This document shows, in pieces, positions 17,567 through 27,848 of a DNA stretch of 35,130 nt. The notes under the pieces are model-generated. The model worked only from the letters and a program-made list of their open reading frames with translations, was not told the DNA's origin and did not search any database. Position numbers and translations under genes: made by a program. Each line of letters begins with the position of its first letter. Within the stretch, counting starts at the first letter, position 1. Source of the DNA: an uncultured Roseivirgaceae bacterium (GTDB lineage: Bacteria > Bacteroidota > Bacteroidia > Cytophagales > Cyclobacteriaceae); contig CAZXTW010000002.1 in the NCBI GenBank assembly GCA_964643525.1, forward strand, positions 3,300-38,429, written 5' to 3'.

Positions 17567-18340
17567 TTAACTTTTAGCTCTAAATTGCCTGTCTATTACA
17601 ATTAGCCCATCAAGCGTTAGCATAGGCATAATGGCATCAAAATAATCAGAAAGGCCAGCCATTGTATGTGCCAGGCCACCCGTAGCCAGCTTCATTGCCG
17701 GCTGCCCAATTTCAGCTTCTGTTTTGCTTACCAATGCCTTTACCAGCCCTTCGTAACCTAATAAAATTCCAGCCTGCATGGCGTGAATTGTATTCTTACC
17801 TAAAACTGAAGTGGGTACTTTAAGGGGTATTTCAGGTAGCTTGGCCGTATTACCAGCAAGGGCTTTCATGGCTGTTTGAATGCCTGGCGCAATGGCCACA
17901 CCTAATATGTGGCCTTCAGCACCCACGGTAGTTACCGTCAAAGCAGTGCCAAAATCAACCACAAGACAGGTAGCCTTAAAATGGTCATAAGCTGCAGAGG
18001 CATTTGCTACCAGGTCAGCGCCCATCTCAGCAGGGTTATTTACATGAATAGCTAAGCGACCATACAATGAGGGGCCCACCATCAAAGGTTTTGTGCCCAG
18101 CAGCCTTTCAAGCGCCGCCTGTACTATAGGCGTCAAGGCGGGTACTACACTACACAACACGCTCCGTTTGATCTCATTCAAATGTATGTCGTGCTCTAGA
18201 AAAAAATCACGAATGTGCATCTCCACATCCCTTGGCTCATAGCTTTGATTACTCTCCAACCTAAAACTGTATACCCATTGCCCTTCAAGCCATAGCCCTA
18301 CGACAACATTTGAATTCCCAATATCTATAGCCAGTAACAT
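17567..18340 (-). CDS. coaX: Type III pantothenate kinase
   Basis: It has the ASKHA phosphate motifs 'LLAIDIGNSNVVVG' and 'LVVDFGTALTV', at 257 aa. Confidence 0.9.
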   Translation of the reverse strand: MLLAIDIGNSNVVVGLWLEGQWVYSFRLESNQSYEPRDVEMHIRDFFLEHDIHLNEIKRSVLCSVVPALTPIVQAALERLLGTKPLMVGPSLYGRLAIHVNNPAEMGADLVANASAAYDHFKATCLVVDFGTALTVTTVGAEGHILGVAIAPGIQTAMKALAGNTAKLPEIPLKVPTSVLGKNTIHAMQAGILLGYEGLVKALVSKTEAEIGQPAMKLATGGLAHTMAGLSDYFDAIMPMLTLDGLIVIDRQFRAKS

Positions 18341-18463
18341 AAGTACTTGTTTTAATTACAGCTAAGGTAAGCGTAAAAACAATGAAACATAGCCCATTTT
18401 ATGGCCAATTTTATTATCATTATTGATCAATAGCAGGGGCCTGATTTTAATTAATGGCCTACC

Positions 18464-20653
18464 ATGCAACACTTTGCTCAAAATATATACACTGTGCTAC
18501 CCTGCAATGTAAAAATTTGCCTTTTAACTGTTCTCTCATTGCTCACTGCCAGTACGCTGTACGCCCAGCTAACAATTAGTGTTATTAAAGTCCCAACAAA
18601 CACGCCTGCTAATGCTCAAGTTTACATGGCATGTAACCTGAACAACTGGCACCCCGCCCACCCCGATTATTTGCTTCAACAACAACCTGATGGTTCTTAT
18701 GCCCTTACCCTTCCATTACAATCAGATACCCTACGGTATAAATTTACTCGCGGCAGCTGGCCTTCTGTAGAGGGCAGTAAAATTGGTAAGCTCATTGCAG
18801 ACAGACTGGTGGTTGGCCCAATTGATGTACCCACCAAGGTTACTGCACGTATTCAGTCTTGGGAAGACCTGGCTACTACCAGCTACTATGACATATTTAT
18901 TGACCGGTTGCCCATCAATACACCCGCAAACACCCAACTCTTCCTTACTGGTAACTTTAACGATTGGAACCCACGAGACCTGCTTTATCAATTTCAACTA
19001 AGAGATGATGGCAATTGGCACCTCAGACTACCTTTTATGCTAGATACGTTAAGCTTCAAAATTACTAGAGGCAGTTGGGAAACTGTTGAAGGAAACGAGA
19101 GAGGCGAGATGATTACCAACCGAGAGTTTATTTCAAGAGACTATACCAGCATGACCATTCACACCAATGTACTTGGTTGGGAAGACCTGGCCCCACCCCG
19201 TTATTTTAACTTTTTGGTCTCTAAAGTGCCAGACAACACGCCCGCCGATGCATCCCTATATTTATGTGGCACATTTAACCAATGGAAGTACGGCGACGAA
19301 TCATACCGCCTTGAAAAAAGTAGTGATGGCAGCTATTACATCAACATATCATCAGAGGCAGATACCGTTTATTACCTGTTTAACAGAGGCAGTGCCCTTA
19401 TGGCAGAGTGTAACAGCAATGGTACCCCAAAGCAATATCGTAGAGCAATATACCAAAACCGCCCCAGAGAAATACCTCGTGCCGGCGAGGAGATAGTATT
19501 CATCAAGGCCTGGCTTGATTTACCTACCGCGTTCAAACAGCTTTATACCACCACATTGGCTGTACCCTTTACTATTGGGGTGTTTCTACTGGCGCTATTG
19601 GTAAATCAGTTTAAACAAAAGTACGCTAGCCGCATGGCGTTCCTGGCACTATTGTGTATTAGCTTCACCTTAGGGGCTCAACTGTTAATCATGCAACCAT
19701 GGGCCTTTGCCCATCATACCAAACTTGCCTTATTGCCCTTTCTAGGTTTACTAACTATACCCCCAACCCTCTACCACTACTTGTTGGCATTATTGGCCAA
19801 ACGCCACAAGGCACAGTTTAAAGACTGGCTGCATACTGCCCCCTTTGCGGTTTTATTAGTGCTGCTGCTGCCATTACTAATCAGCAGCAGCAACACAATC
19901 AATGAGTTAATCAGGCATGGTCAACTCAATTGGGTGTTTGCATTAGGGTACGGCATTGCTTTTACCATAGCCCTGGTTTACTGCCTGGCTAGTGTTAAGC
20001 TTTGGAACCGCACCCGCTCAGAAAACCTGCAAAGCCAATTGGCACAACCAGTAATAAAGTATGGTAAAATACTCTTGTTTTACACAACCATTACACTTAT
20101 CATCTGGGCTTCTGGCCTGCTTTTACCTGCAGCCAGCCATCTTATACGTACTGATACAACAGCCGCAGCAAACATTACTGGATATATAGTTTGGCTACTT
20201 TTAGGGGGGTATGTAGGTATAATATTTACTGCCATGACAGGCGCAAAAAGTGACTACTTTAACTTTGCCAGCAACCATACGCAAAAAACCGAACACTTTT
20301 TTCTGACCAGACAAATTCAAGAGGTAATGGCAAAAGATAAACCCTACCTTAACCCAAAGCTTACACTAAACCACCTGGCACAAATCTGCCACGTTAACCC
20401 ACAACAAATGTCGCGCGCTTTGAATGAAGGCTTTGGCAAAAACTTTTATGATTACATTAATCATCATCGTATTGCTGAATTCAAACAATTAGTAAGCCTG
20501 ACTGAAAACAAAGAAAAAACAGTACTTGAAATGGCCTACAAGGTAGGGTTCAGTTCCAAAACCACCTTTAACCGGGCATTTAAAAAAAGTACAGGGCAAA
20601 CACCAAGCGAGTACTTAAAAACTGGCTTACCAACCTCAACTGCTACTAATTAA
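18464..20653 (+). CDS. Membrane-bound AraC-family regulator: signal peptide, 3 tandem CBM20/48-like repeats, ~7 TM helices, C-terminal AraC HTH
   Basis: Three modules of about 115 aa share 'NTPA..(V/L)(Y/F)..G.FN.W....Y.......DG.......TL.(Y/F)K.TRGSW..VEG....WEDLA'. Seven hydrophobic segments follow. The C-terminus is 'LNHLAQICHVNPQQMSRALN...VGFSSKTTFNRAFKKSTGQTPSEY'. Confidence 0.8.
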   Translation: MQHFAQNIYTVLPCNVKICLLTVLSLLTASTLYAQLTISVIKVPTNTPANAQVYMACNLNNWHPAHPDYLLQQQPDGSYALTLPLQSDTLRYKFTRGSWPSVEGSKIGKLIADRLVVGPIDVPTKVTARIQSWEDLATTSYYDIFIDRLPINTPANTQLFLTGNFNDWNPRDLLYQFQLRDDGNWHLRLPFMLDTLSFKITRGSWETVEGNERGEMITNREFISRDYTSMTIHTNVLGWEDLAPPRYFNFLVSKVPDNTPADASLYLCGTFNQWKYGDESYRLEKSSDGSYYINISSEADTVYYLFNRGSALMAECNSNGTPKQYRRAIYQNRPREIPRAGEEIVFIKAWLDLPTAFKQLYTTTLAVPFTIGVFLLALLVNQFKQKYASRMAFLALLCISFTLGAQLLIMQPWAFAHHTKLALLPFLGLLTIPPTLYHYLLALLAKRHKAQFKDWLHTAPFAVLLVLLLPLLISSSNTINELIRHGQLNWVFALGYGIAFTIALVYCLASVKLWNRTRSENLQSQLAQPVIKYGKILLFYTTITLIIWASGLLLPAASHLIRTDTTAAANITGYIVWLLLGGYVGIIFTAMTGAKSDYFNFASNHTQKTEHFFLTRQIQEVMAKDKPYLNPKLTLNHLAQICHVNPQQMSRALNEGFGKNFYDYINHHRIAEFKQLVSLTENKEKTVLEMAYKVGFSSKTTFNRAFKKSTGQTPSEYLKTGLPTSTATN

Positions 20654-20874
20654 CTACATTAGCAACATCATAAACAGTCGTTAAAAATGTGAAAGCCTGA
20701 ACATCTGGTATAAAAATCTTTATTAAAGCTTACTTTACATACCATAAGTTTTTCTCTACAATTCAAGTTGGGTCATAGGCCATATTATCCTACTTATCGA
20801 AACTACCCATAAGTAATTCAAGGATTAGCCTGATTCTTTATAAAAAAAGTCGTTAAAATTAATATTTTAGTCTT

Positions 20875-21351
20875 ATGGTAGTCATAGATAACAAGAATAA
20901 AAGGATCTCAAAGGACAACCCATTGAAGGTTTTGTTAGTAGAAGACAACCCTGCACATGCAGAATTGATCATGAGAAGCCTTGAAGATCATGAAATCCAC
21001 AATAAAATATACCATATATCAGATGGTGAAGCTGCCCTAGACTTTATCTTTAACCGTGCTTCTTACTCAGATAAAGAGGCCTTTCCACGTCCTCATATTA
21101 TTCTTTTAGACTTAAGGTTGCCTCGCATTGGGGGGCTTGAAGTATTACGAGAAATCAAAGCTACTGAAGATACCAAGAAAATACCGGTAATCATCTTAAC
21201 TACCTCCAAGGCAGAAATAGATGTAAATACGGCCTATGAACATTATGCCAACAGCTATTTGGTAAAACCTGTAGATTTCGACGAGTTCATCAAATTAATG
21301 AACGATCTGGGTTATTATTGGCTTAACCTGAACAGCAGCACAGAAAAGTGA
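20875..21351 (+). CDS. Single-domain response regulator (receiver only)
   Basis: REC motifs 'VLLVEDNPAHAELI', 'IILLDLRLPRIGG', 'PVIILTTS', 'ANSYLVKPVDFDEF'. Confidence 0.85.
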   Translation: MVVIDNKNKRISKDNPLKVLLVEDNPAHAELIMRSLEDHEIHNKIYHISDGEAALDFIFNRASYSDKEAFPRPHIILLDLRLPRIGGLEVLREIKATEDTKKIPVIILTTSKAEIDVNTAYEHYANSYLVKPVDFDEFIKLMNDLGYYWLNLNSSTEK

Positions 21352-21376
21352 ACGTATCATCAATTAACAAGCGGGT

Positions 21377-22516
21377 ATGAACAACAACATGGCAAAAATC
21401 TTATTGGTAGAAGATGAAATTGCACATGCTGAAATTATAAAAAGGTACTTTGAGTCTGCACCAGACCAAATGCAAATTGATGCTGTTCATACCCTGCGAG
21501 ACGCTAAGGCATACATCGGTAAAACAATTCCTAACCTGGTCATTACTGACTTCAAGCTACCCGATGGTAAAGGCATAGAGCTTTTAAATACCTCTAAAGA
21601 AAATATGCATTACCCTGTAGTACTCATGACCAGCCAAGGTGACGAACAAATTGCCGTAGAGGCCATGAAGCTGGGAGCCCTTGATTATATCGTAAAATCA
21701 GACAGCATTTTTAGAGATATGCCAAGAATTGCCCAGCGCGCCTTACGTGAGTGGCAACTCGTTATTGATAAGAAAAAGGCTGATGAAATGCTGGCCAACC
21801 AGTACCAGGAACTAGAACGAACCAACAAAGAGCTGGACCGCTTTGTGTATAGCGCCAGTCACGACTTGAGCGCTCCTTTGAAATCAATCCTGGGCTTAGT
21901 GAATGTGATTAGAATAGAAACTGACAACAATGGGGTGCTTTACTACCTTGACCTGATGGAAAAAAGCATCAACAAGCTAGATCAGTTTATTAATGAAATT
22001 ATTAACTTTTCAAGAAACTCTCGCATTGAACTACAATATGAAGTAATTCACTTGAGTGGTCTGGTAAAAGAAATTCTGGAAAATCTCAAATTCTCAGACC
22101 GCTTTGATGAGATTAACTTCAATCTTGACATCAATGAAGACATCGAGATTAGCGCAGACAAACTCCGGCTGAAAATGGTTCTGAACAACCTCATATCAAA
22201 CGCCATTAAGTTTCAACGATTTGACCGTGAAGAGCAACCCTTTGTAAGTATTGTGGCCAAAGATGAAAAAGACTCTTTCATTATTGAAGTAGAAGACAAT
22301 GGTCAGGGCATTATGGAAAAATATGCCGATAAAATATTTGATATGTTCTTCAGGGCTACCAACACCTCTAAAGGGTCTGGCCTGGGGCTTTACATTGCTA
22401 AAGAGGCTGTAAACAAAATGGGCGGTAACATTACCGTACAATCAAAGCCTAATCAGGGCAGCCTGTTCCGTATTGAACTCAGCAAAGACACCATTGTGGT
22501 CAGTACACAGGCTTAA
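21377..22516 (+). CDS. Hybrid REC-HisKA-HATPase histidine kinase without a recognisable sensor domain
   Basis: REC: 'ILLVEDEIAHAEII...VITDFKLPDGKG'. H-box: 'FVYSASHDLSAPLKSI'. ATPase: 'NLISNAIKF', 'VEDNGQGI', 'GSGLGLYIAKE'. Confidence 0.85.
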   Translation: MNNNMAKILLVEDEIAHAEIIKRYFESAPDQMQIDAVHTLRDAKAYIGKTIPNLVITDFKLPDGKGIELLNTSKENMHYPVVLMTSQGDEQIAVEAMKLGALDYIVKSDSIFRDMPRIAQRALREWQLVIDKKKADEMLANQYQELERTNKELDRFVYSASHDLSAPLKSILGLVNVIRIETDNNGVLYYLDLMEKSINKLDQFINEIINFSRNSRIELQYEVIHLSGLVKEILENLKFSDRFDEINFNLDINEDIEISADKLRLKMVLNNLISNAIKFQRFDREEQPFVSIVAKDEKDSFIIEVEDNGQGIMEKYADKIFDMFFRATNTSKGSGLGLYIAKEAVNKMGGNITVQSKPNQGSLFRIELSKDTIVVSTQA

Positions 22517-22536
22517 AACAGCCTCTTACCAATTTT

Positions 22537-23517
22537 TTACTTACGTTGTGGCGGATCAATTGTATTACCATGCAATGATAAACCTATACCAGCCTTTACA
22601 TACCATAAATTCTCACCTAACCCTGGGCGTTTGCCCCCTTCAACCGTAAATGTTGCTCCAAAACGGCGCCCTGTAATAAACTCAATACCAGCACGGTAAC
22701 CAAGGTTACTCTCATCAAAGCCTGATGCACCTGTACTAACCAGATCATACTGTATTGGGCCAACTTCTAACAGGTCTAAAGTATTGTTTAACGTAAAAAG
22801 CACATCAGCATAAAAAGCAAAAAGCGCATAATTACTTTTTGAAGTATACTTATTCAAATCAACAATTAAGCCCCTGAAAGTAGTAATACTCCCGCCAAAG
22901 TAAATCATATTATTCTCTACGGGCACAAACACATTGCCTTGATTAGAAGCTTGTGCTCCCTCGCCAAACACAGTACCATCAGCAGCTGTAATCGTACCAT
23001 CAGTAGCATCAACTAGTCCTAAAGTGTACTTTTCCTGTTGCCAGCCCCCCCGTATACCCATAAGCATGCGCACCTCAAATGGCACCGTGGTTTCTGTGCT
23101 TTTAGTGCTTTTTGAATTGTAAACGTCAATACGCTTTACGCTACTCAGCACCTTATCAAAAAGCAGCAGTGTAGTTCCTGCAGTTGTGCGTTGGTACCTT
23201 TGCACCTCGTTGGCACTAATGGTTGTTGCGTCTTCGGCATCGCTATCCCTGCTGTCTGTTATACTGCGCTCAAGTGCAAAGTGCAACGCAAAGGGCGCTT
23301 TACGGCCATAATAATCAATAGCAGGCCTTATGCCAACCGCATACTGCTGCTCAGGGTCAACCACGGCAAAGCCACCTGCCCTAAAAAACAAATTGGCATA
23401 ATGGGGCTCATTGCTCGTGGCATTTCTATAAGCCTGCTGGCCATAACCAACCAGGCTAACAAACCAACTCAAACCCAGGGCCCACAACAACCTACTAGTG
23501 TACATTTTAGCATACAT
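22537..23517 (-). CDS. Hypothetical exported protein, possible outer-membrane beta-barrel
   Basis: The track ORF is 22537..23544 (TTG start); I prefer the ATG at 23517 or 23505. It has a signal peptide 'LLWALGLSWFVSLVGYGQQ' and alternating-hydrophobicity strands rich in G/Y/T. I recognise no family. Confidence 0.4.
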   Translation of the reverse strand: MYAKMYTSRLLWALGLSWFVSLVGYGQQAYRNATSNEPHYANLFFRAGGFAVVDPEQQYAVGIRPAIDYYGRKAPFALHFALERSITDSRDSDAEDATTISANEVQRYQRTTAGTTLLLFDKVLSSVKRIDVYNSKSTKSTETTVPFEVRMLMGIRGGWQQEKYTLGLVDATDGTITAADGTVFGEGAQASNQGNVFVPVENNMIYFGGSITTFRGLIVDLNKYTSKSNYALFAFYADVLFTLNNTLDLLEVGPIQYDLVSTGASGFDESNLGYRAGIEFITGRRFGATFTVEGGKRPGLGENLWYVKAGIGLSLHGNTIDPPQRK

Positions 23518-23620
23518 CGCATACTTAATTAGGGTAACAAACAACTACTCAACAACGGTATAATAAAAATAAACCAAACTAACCCACCTAAGCAACCAAA
23601 CCGCACAGTGTTTATACAAC

Positions 23621-23646
23621 AAAAAAACCTGCGCTGTAAGCACAGG
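23621..23646 (-). terminator. Rho-independent terminator after the RND pump gene
   Basis: On the minus strand, CCTGTGC-TTACA-GCGCAGG forms a 7-bp stem with one G-U pair, followed by T7. T5 on the plus side makes it potentially bidirectional. Confidence 0.65.
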
Positions 23647-23692
23647 TTTTTCAAAACAGTATAAAAGCATCTTGATCAATCTAATACATAAC

Positions 23693-26600
23693 CTATTCAT
23701 CTACTCGGCCTATAACAGTAGCAGGGTTGGTAAGCCATTTATACAAAATGGGCACAATCAATAACGTTAAAAAAGTAGATGATACCATGCCCCCTATAAT
23801 CGTCCACCCTAAAGGAGACCATAGCCCGGTAGCTGAAAGGGTAAGTGGCAACAATCCCAGAATAGTGGTTGTAGTTGTCAGCACAATTGGGGTAAAGCGT
23901 GTTTCACAGGCCTGCATCAGGGCTTCAATTTTATCTTTCCCACTTTTAATTAACTGGTTGGTATAATCAACCAGAATAATCGAGTTATTCACTACAATAC
24001 CCACCAGACTTATAAAACCCACAAAAGCAAAGAATGAAAACGACCAGCCGGTTAAATACAAAGCAACAAAAGAGCCTGTAATAGCCAACGGTATGGCTGA
24101 AAACACAATAAGTGGCTGCCTGAGCGACCTAAACTGTAACACCAGCACGGCAAAAATACCTATCATAGCCACCAGCAGCAGCCCACCAAGGTCACCAAAT
24201 GACTCCTGTTGGGTTTCATACTCACCCGCTATATAATAACTGTAGCCTTCAGGCAGGTTATCATTTAACTTGGCAATCACATCCTGGGTAATAACCGCAG
24301 TCTTATCAGCATCTACCACATCGGCCGTTACGGCAGTGCAACGCTGCGAGTTAAAGTGTAAAATCTCAGTTACAGCCCGCTCATAAGTAATATTGGCAAC
24401 CTGCCGCAATGGCACCTGCGCCCCTGCCTGTGTAGTAAAGTACACCTTATTAAAATCATCAATAGTAGGTTGCTCATCAAATGGCATCCGCACAATTAAA
24501 GGGTACTTCTCCCCATCATCCATCGTCAACTCATCTACCTGCAGGCCGGCAAGGCTGGCCCGTACAGCCAAATCAATATCAGCCAGGGGTAGGCCTATCA
24601 TCCCTGCCTTATCGCGGTTAATAGCTACCTTTAAATCAGTCTTATTCACCCGTAAAGGGTTAAAAACATTCAAAGTGCCAGGTGTTTTCCTGATTGTTTC
24701 CTCTAGCTCAGCTGCCAGTACCTTCAATGTATCCAAATTCTCACCAAGCACCCGCACTTCAATAGGCGCTCTGAATGGAGGGCCGTTTTTCAGCTCTTTA
24801 AATGTAATGCGTGCCCCGGCATAAGTACTGAAAATACGTCTGTAATCAGCCAGCGTTTGGTAAAAACGGGCAGGATCCCACCCTTTAAAATTAACCAGCA
24901 ATTGCCCAAAATCTTTCTTGTACTGAATACCCCTGCGGTTATAATATACCATGGGGTTGCCATGGCCAGCATTACTAAAATAACTGTCTACATAAGTAGT
25001 AGTATCCAAAATAGCCTCTACATAACGTACAGCTTCATCTGTAGCATCAATATTGCTCCCTTTTGGTGTCTCCACCTCAATCAGCAGCAGGGGCTTATCT
25101 GCCGTTGGGAAAAAGCTCACCCCTATAGAGGGAAACAACATCACACTACCCACAAAACTAGCCGTGGCAAGTAATATAATCACAATAGGGCGCTTAATGG
25201 CAAATGCCAGTACCGGTCTATAAACCTTATCAATAAAAGCAGCAATGCGGCGGTCTACCCAACGCACCTTGGCCTCTTTTTTCAGGGCTTTGCCGGCTAA
25301 AATAGGTGTAAACGTTAAGGCCAGCACCAATGAAAACAACAACACCAAAATCACTGTTACCGGTAATGAGCGCAGGTAATCACCGGGGCCACTGTTCAAC
25401 ATGGCCAGTGGGGCAAAAGCCAGTAAGGTAGTAATAGTACTGCTCACCACAGCAAAACCTACCTCTGCGGTGCCCTTAGCAGCAGCCTGCAAAATACTAT
25501 GCCCTTCCTTTCTAAACCGCACTATATTTTCTATCACCACAATGCCATTATCAACCAGCAGGCCCAGGGCAATAACCAGGGCCGCAATTGAAATTTGCTG
25601 TAGTGCATACCCACTAAAGTCTAATGCACCAATAGCCATCATAATAGAAAGGGGTATTACCGTCATAATAACCAGCGACGGCCTAAAACCAAGAAACAGG
25701 AAAATAACTGCCCCTACCAACAAAATACCCTGTATCAGGTTCACAAAAAAGTCTGAAATACGGTTGCGCACAGCATCTGCCTGTTCAAAGCCTGATATTA
25801 ACTGAACTGCATCGGGCAGGTTGGCCTTAAAACTTGCTACCGTGGCATCAAGTGCCTCAGTCAGGCGCAGCACATTCTCGCCCTCAAGCTGCGTAACTGC
25901 AACAAAAATGGCCCGTTCTCCATTATATCGGCCCTTCCAGCGTATATCTTCATAATCAAACCGCACATCGGCAATATCGCGCAGGTACACCACCTGGCTG
26001 CCATTACTGCTCACCACCGTAGCACCAATTGCTTCAATGGTTTTGTAGCCTCCACTAGACCGAATAGTGAATGACTTACCAGCTGCTTTAATTTCACCAC
26101 CCGGTATATTGGTATTGTTACCCTGTAAAATGCCTACCACCTGCTTTAAAGCAATATTGCGGCGGGCCATTTCCTGAAAATCTAACGACACCCGCACCTC
26201 TTCTTCAGGGTAAGCCTCTATCTCTACCGTATTAATACCTTTAATCTTTTCTATCTCGTACTCCAGGCCCTCGGCATAATCGTGCAAACGGTTATAGGGC
26301 AGCTCATCACTGGTTAGCGCATACTGCTTCATAATCACACGCTCAGTGGGGTTTACCCGGTCAATATCAAGACTATACAACCCATCAGGCAGCTCGTCAC
26401 GAATGGCATTCACCTCTACCACAATCTCATCATACACCTCTTCTACATCAATACCATACTCTGCTTCAATACGCAACACTGCCAGGCCATCTTCAATCGT
26501 AGTAAACACCTCAGTAATATCGCCAATCTCTTCCAGCACCTCCTCAATGGGGTCTACCACCAGCTCTTCAATATCTTCTGGCCCCGTTCCAGGGTACACC

Positions 26601-26746
26601 GCTACAATTGTATAAATAGGGAAAGTAGTATTAGGGTCTTCAGAGCGGGGCATGGTCATAAAGGCATTCAAGCCTATAAGCAGCCCCAAAAACACCAGTA
26701 TCACAACAAACTGGTAATTCTTTATTGCCAACTTAGGTAATTGCAT
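23693..26746 (-). CDS. RND efflux transporter permease (AcrB/HAE family)
   Basis: 1017 aa with a 12-TM, two-large-loop organisation and typical N-terminus 'AIKNYQFVVILVFLGLLIG...', in an operon with an MFP and an OMF. Confidence 0.9.
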   Translation of the reverse strand: MQLPKLAIKNYQFVVILVFLGLLIGLNAFMTMPRSEDPNTTFPIYTIVAVYPGTGPEDIEELVVDPIEEVLEEIGDITEVFTTIEDGLAVLRIEAEYGIDVEEVYDEIVVEVNAIRDELPDGLYSLDIDRVNPTERVIMKQYALTSDELPYNRLHDYAEGLEYEIEKIKGINTVEIEAYPEEEVRVSLDFQEMARRNIALKQVVGILQGNNTNIPGGEIKAAGKSFTIRSSGGYKTIEAIGATVVSSNGSQVVYLRDIADVRFDYEDIRWKGRYNGERAIFVAVTQLEGENVLRLTEALDATVASFKANLPDAVQLISGFEQADAVRNRISDFFVNLIQGILLVGAVIFLFLGFRPSLVIMTVIPLSIMMAIGALDFSGYALQQISIAALVIALGLLVDNGIVVIENIVRFRKEGHSILQAAAKGTAEVGFAVVSSTITTLLAFAPLAMLNSGPGDYLRSLPVTVILVLLFSLVLALTFTPILAGKALKKEAKVRWVDRRIAAFIDKVYRPVLAFAIKRPIVIILLATASFVGSVMLFPSIGVSFFPTADKPLLLIEVETPKGSNIDATDEAVRYVEAILDTTTYVDSYFSNAGHGNPMVYYNRRGIQYKKDFGQLLVNFKGWDPARFYQTLADYRRIFSTYAGARITFKELKNGPPFRAPIEVRVLGENLDTLKVLAAELEETIRKTPGTLNVFNPLRVNKTDLKVAINRDKAGMIGLPLADIDLAVRASLAGLQVDELTMDDGEKYPLIVRMPFDEQPTIDDFNKVYFTTQAGAQVPLRQVANITYERAVTEILHFNSQRCTAVTADVVDADKTAVITQDVIAKLNDNLPEGYSYYIAGEYETQQESFGDLGGLLLVAMIGIFAVLVLQFRSLRQPLIVFSAIPLAITGSFVALYLTGWSFSFFAFVGFISLVGIVVNNSIILVDYTNQLIKSGKDKIEALMQACETRFTPIVLTTTTTILGLLPLTLSATGLWSPLGWTIIGGMVSSTFLTLLIVPILYKWLTNPATVIGRVDE

Positions 26747-26750
26747 AAGC

Positions 26751-27839
26751 TTAGGGTTTAACAGTAGTTACCTGGCTGCCTTCAGAAAGGTAAGCAGCCC
26801 CAATAGTGATTACAGGTTGGTTAATGCGTGTTTCTTCTGCAAGCACAGTAAAAAAATCTTCACCAATATGGTCTGGCCTTACAGTAATGCTGTGTGCCGT
26901 TTTAGCCTGGCTATCATACACAAACACACGGGCCAGTGCCTCTTCACCCTCAACCAGGGCATCCATGCTCAACTTATAATAGGGCGCCTGGGCCGAGGGG
27001 TACAACAACACCTTGCCTATAAACCCATTGCGCAAACCATAGCGGCTGTTGGCAATAGTCAGCTCCACCTCAAAAGCACCTGTCCGTGGGTCGGCGGCAC
27101 TGGCCAGTTCAGTCACCTCAGCACTGAACGCCTTACCGGGCCAGGCATCAAATCGCACGGTGGCCGTATCACCCAGGGCCAGCCTTACAATATCGCGATC
27201 GGCTACGCCTATACGCATCACAAAGGCCCCATTGGTAGTATTGGCCAATACAAATGCCGGTGCACCTGGGGCGGCCAGCTCACCACGCTCTGCCATACGG
27301 CGCAACACCTTACCACTAAAAGGTGCCCTAATCTCAGCATACTTACGGTTAAAAGTAGCCACTTGCAAATCAGCTTTAGCCACCTCAAGCACCGTAGTCA
27401 GGTCCTGTACCTGCTCAAGCGTAGCCACTGAATCACGGTACAGATTTTGTACACGGGCCAGGTCTCGTTTGGCCTTATCAACACCATTCTGTGCTTGAAC
27501 CACACTGGCATTAATTTCAGACAGGTCAAGTGCAGCCAGCAACTGCCCTTGCTGCACATACTGCCCCTCGTCGGCGCGTATACTACTAATAATACCACCA
27601 ATCTTAAACGACAGTTTACTCTCCGTCTTTGAGGCCAGCACCCCACTGGCTTCCACAGGTATAGGCTCCTGGCTTACAGTGGGCTGTACCACCACCACGG
27701 GCCGGGCTGTAGTTTTTGCGCTATCGCCTTCTGCAATAGCATAATTCTGCTTGCATGATGTAACGGCTACCCCTGCCAGTACCAGCAGGCCTATAGCCAA
27801 TAGCGTGTGTCGTTGCATAGTATGAATGAAAATTTGCAT
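26751..27839 (-). CDS. RND efflux periplasmic adaptor (membrane fusion protein)
   Basis: It has a lipoprotein signal 'VAVTSC', a biotinyl-lipoyl-like segment 'GGIISSIRADEGQYVQQGQLLAALD' and a coiled-coil hairpin. It lies 4 nt upstream of the pump gene. Confidence 0.85.
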   Translation of the reverse strand: MQIFIHTMQRHTLLAIGLLVLAGVAVTSCKQNYAIAEGDSAKTTARPVVVVQPTVSQEPIPVEASGVLASKTESKLSFKIGGIISSIRADEGQYVQQGQLLAALDLSEINASVVQAQNGVDKAKRDLARVQNLYRDSVATLEQVQDLTTVLEVAKADLQVATFNRKYAEIRAPFSGKVLRRMAERGELAAPGAPAFVLANTTNGAFVMRIGVADRDIVRLALGDTATVRFDAWPGKAFSAEVTELASAADPRTGAFEVELTIANSRYGLRNGFIGKVLLYPSAQAPYYKLSMDALVEGEEALARVFVYDSQAKTAHSITVRPDHIGEDFFTVLAEETRINQPVITIGAAYLSEGSQVTTVKP

Positions 27840-27848
27840 GGTTCTTGG

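Noticed and set aside
20677-20858. 11-nt direct repeat AGTCGTTAAAA at 20677-20687 and 20848-20858 upstream of the stand-alone receiver gene
   Set aside because: It may be a regulator site, but there are only two copies 171 bp apart with no palindromic structure. I cannot distinguish it from chance without comparative data.
23045-23051. C7 (G7 on the coding strand) tract inside the putative beta-barrel gene
   Set aside because: It is shorter than tracts that typically phase-vary, so it is noted only as a weaker analogue of the G8 tract at 15540.
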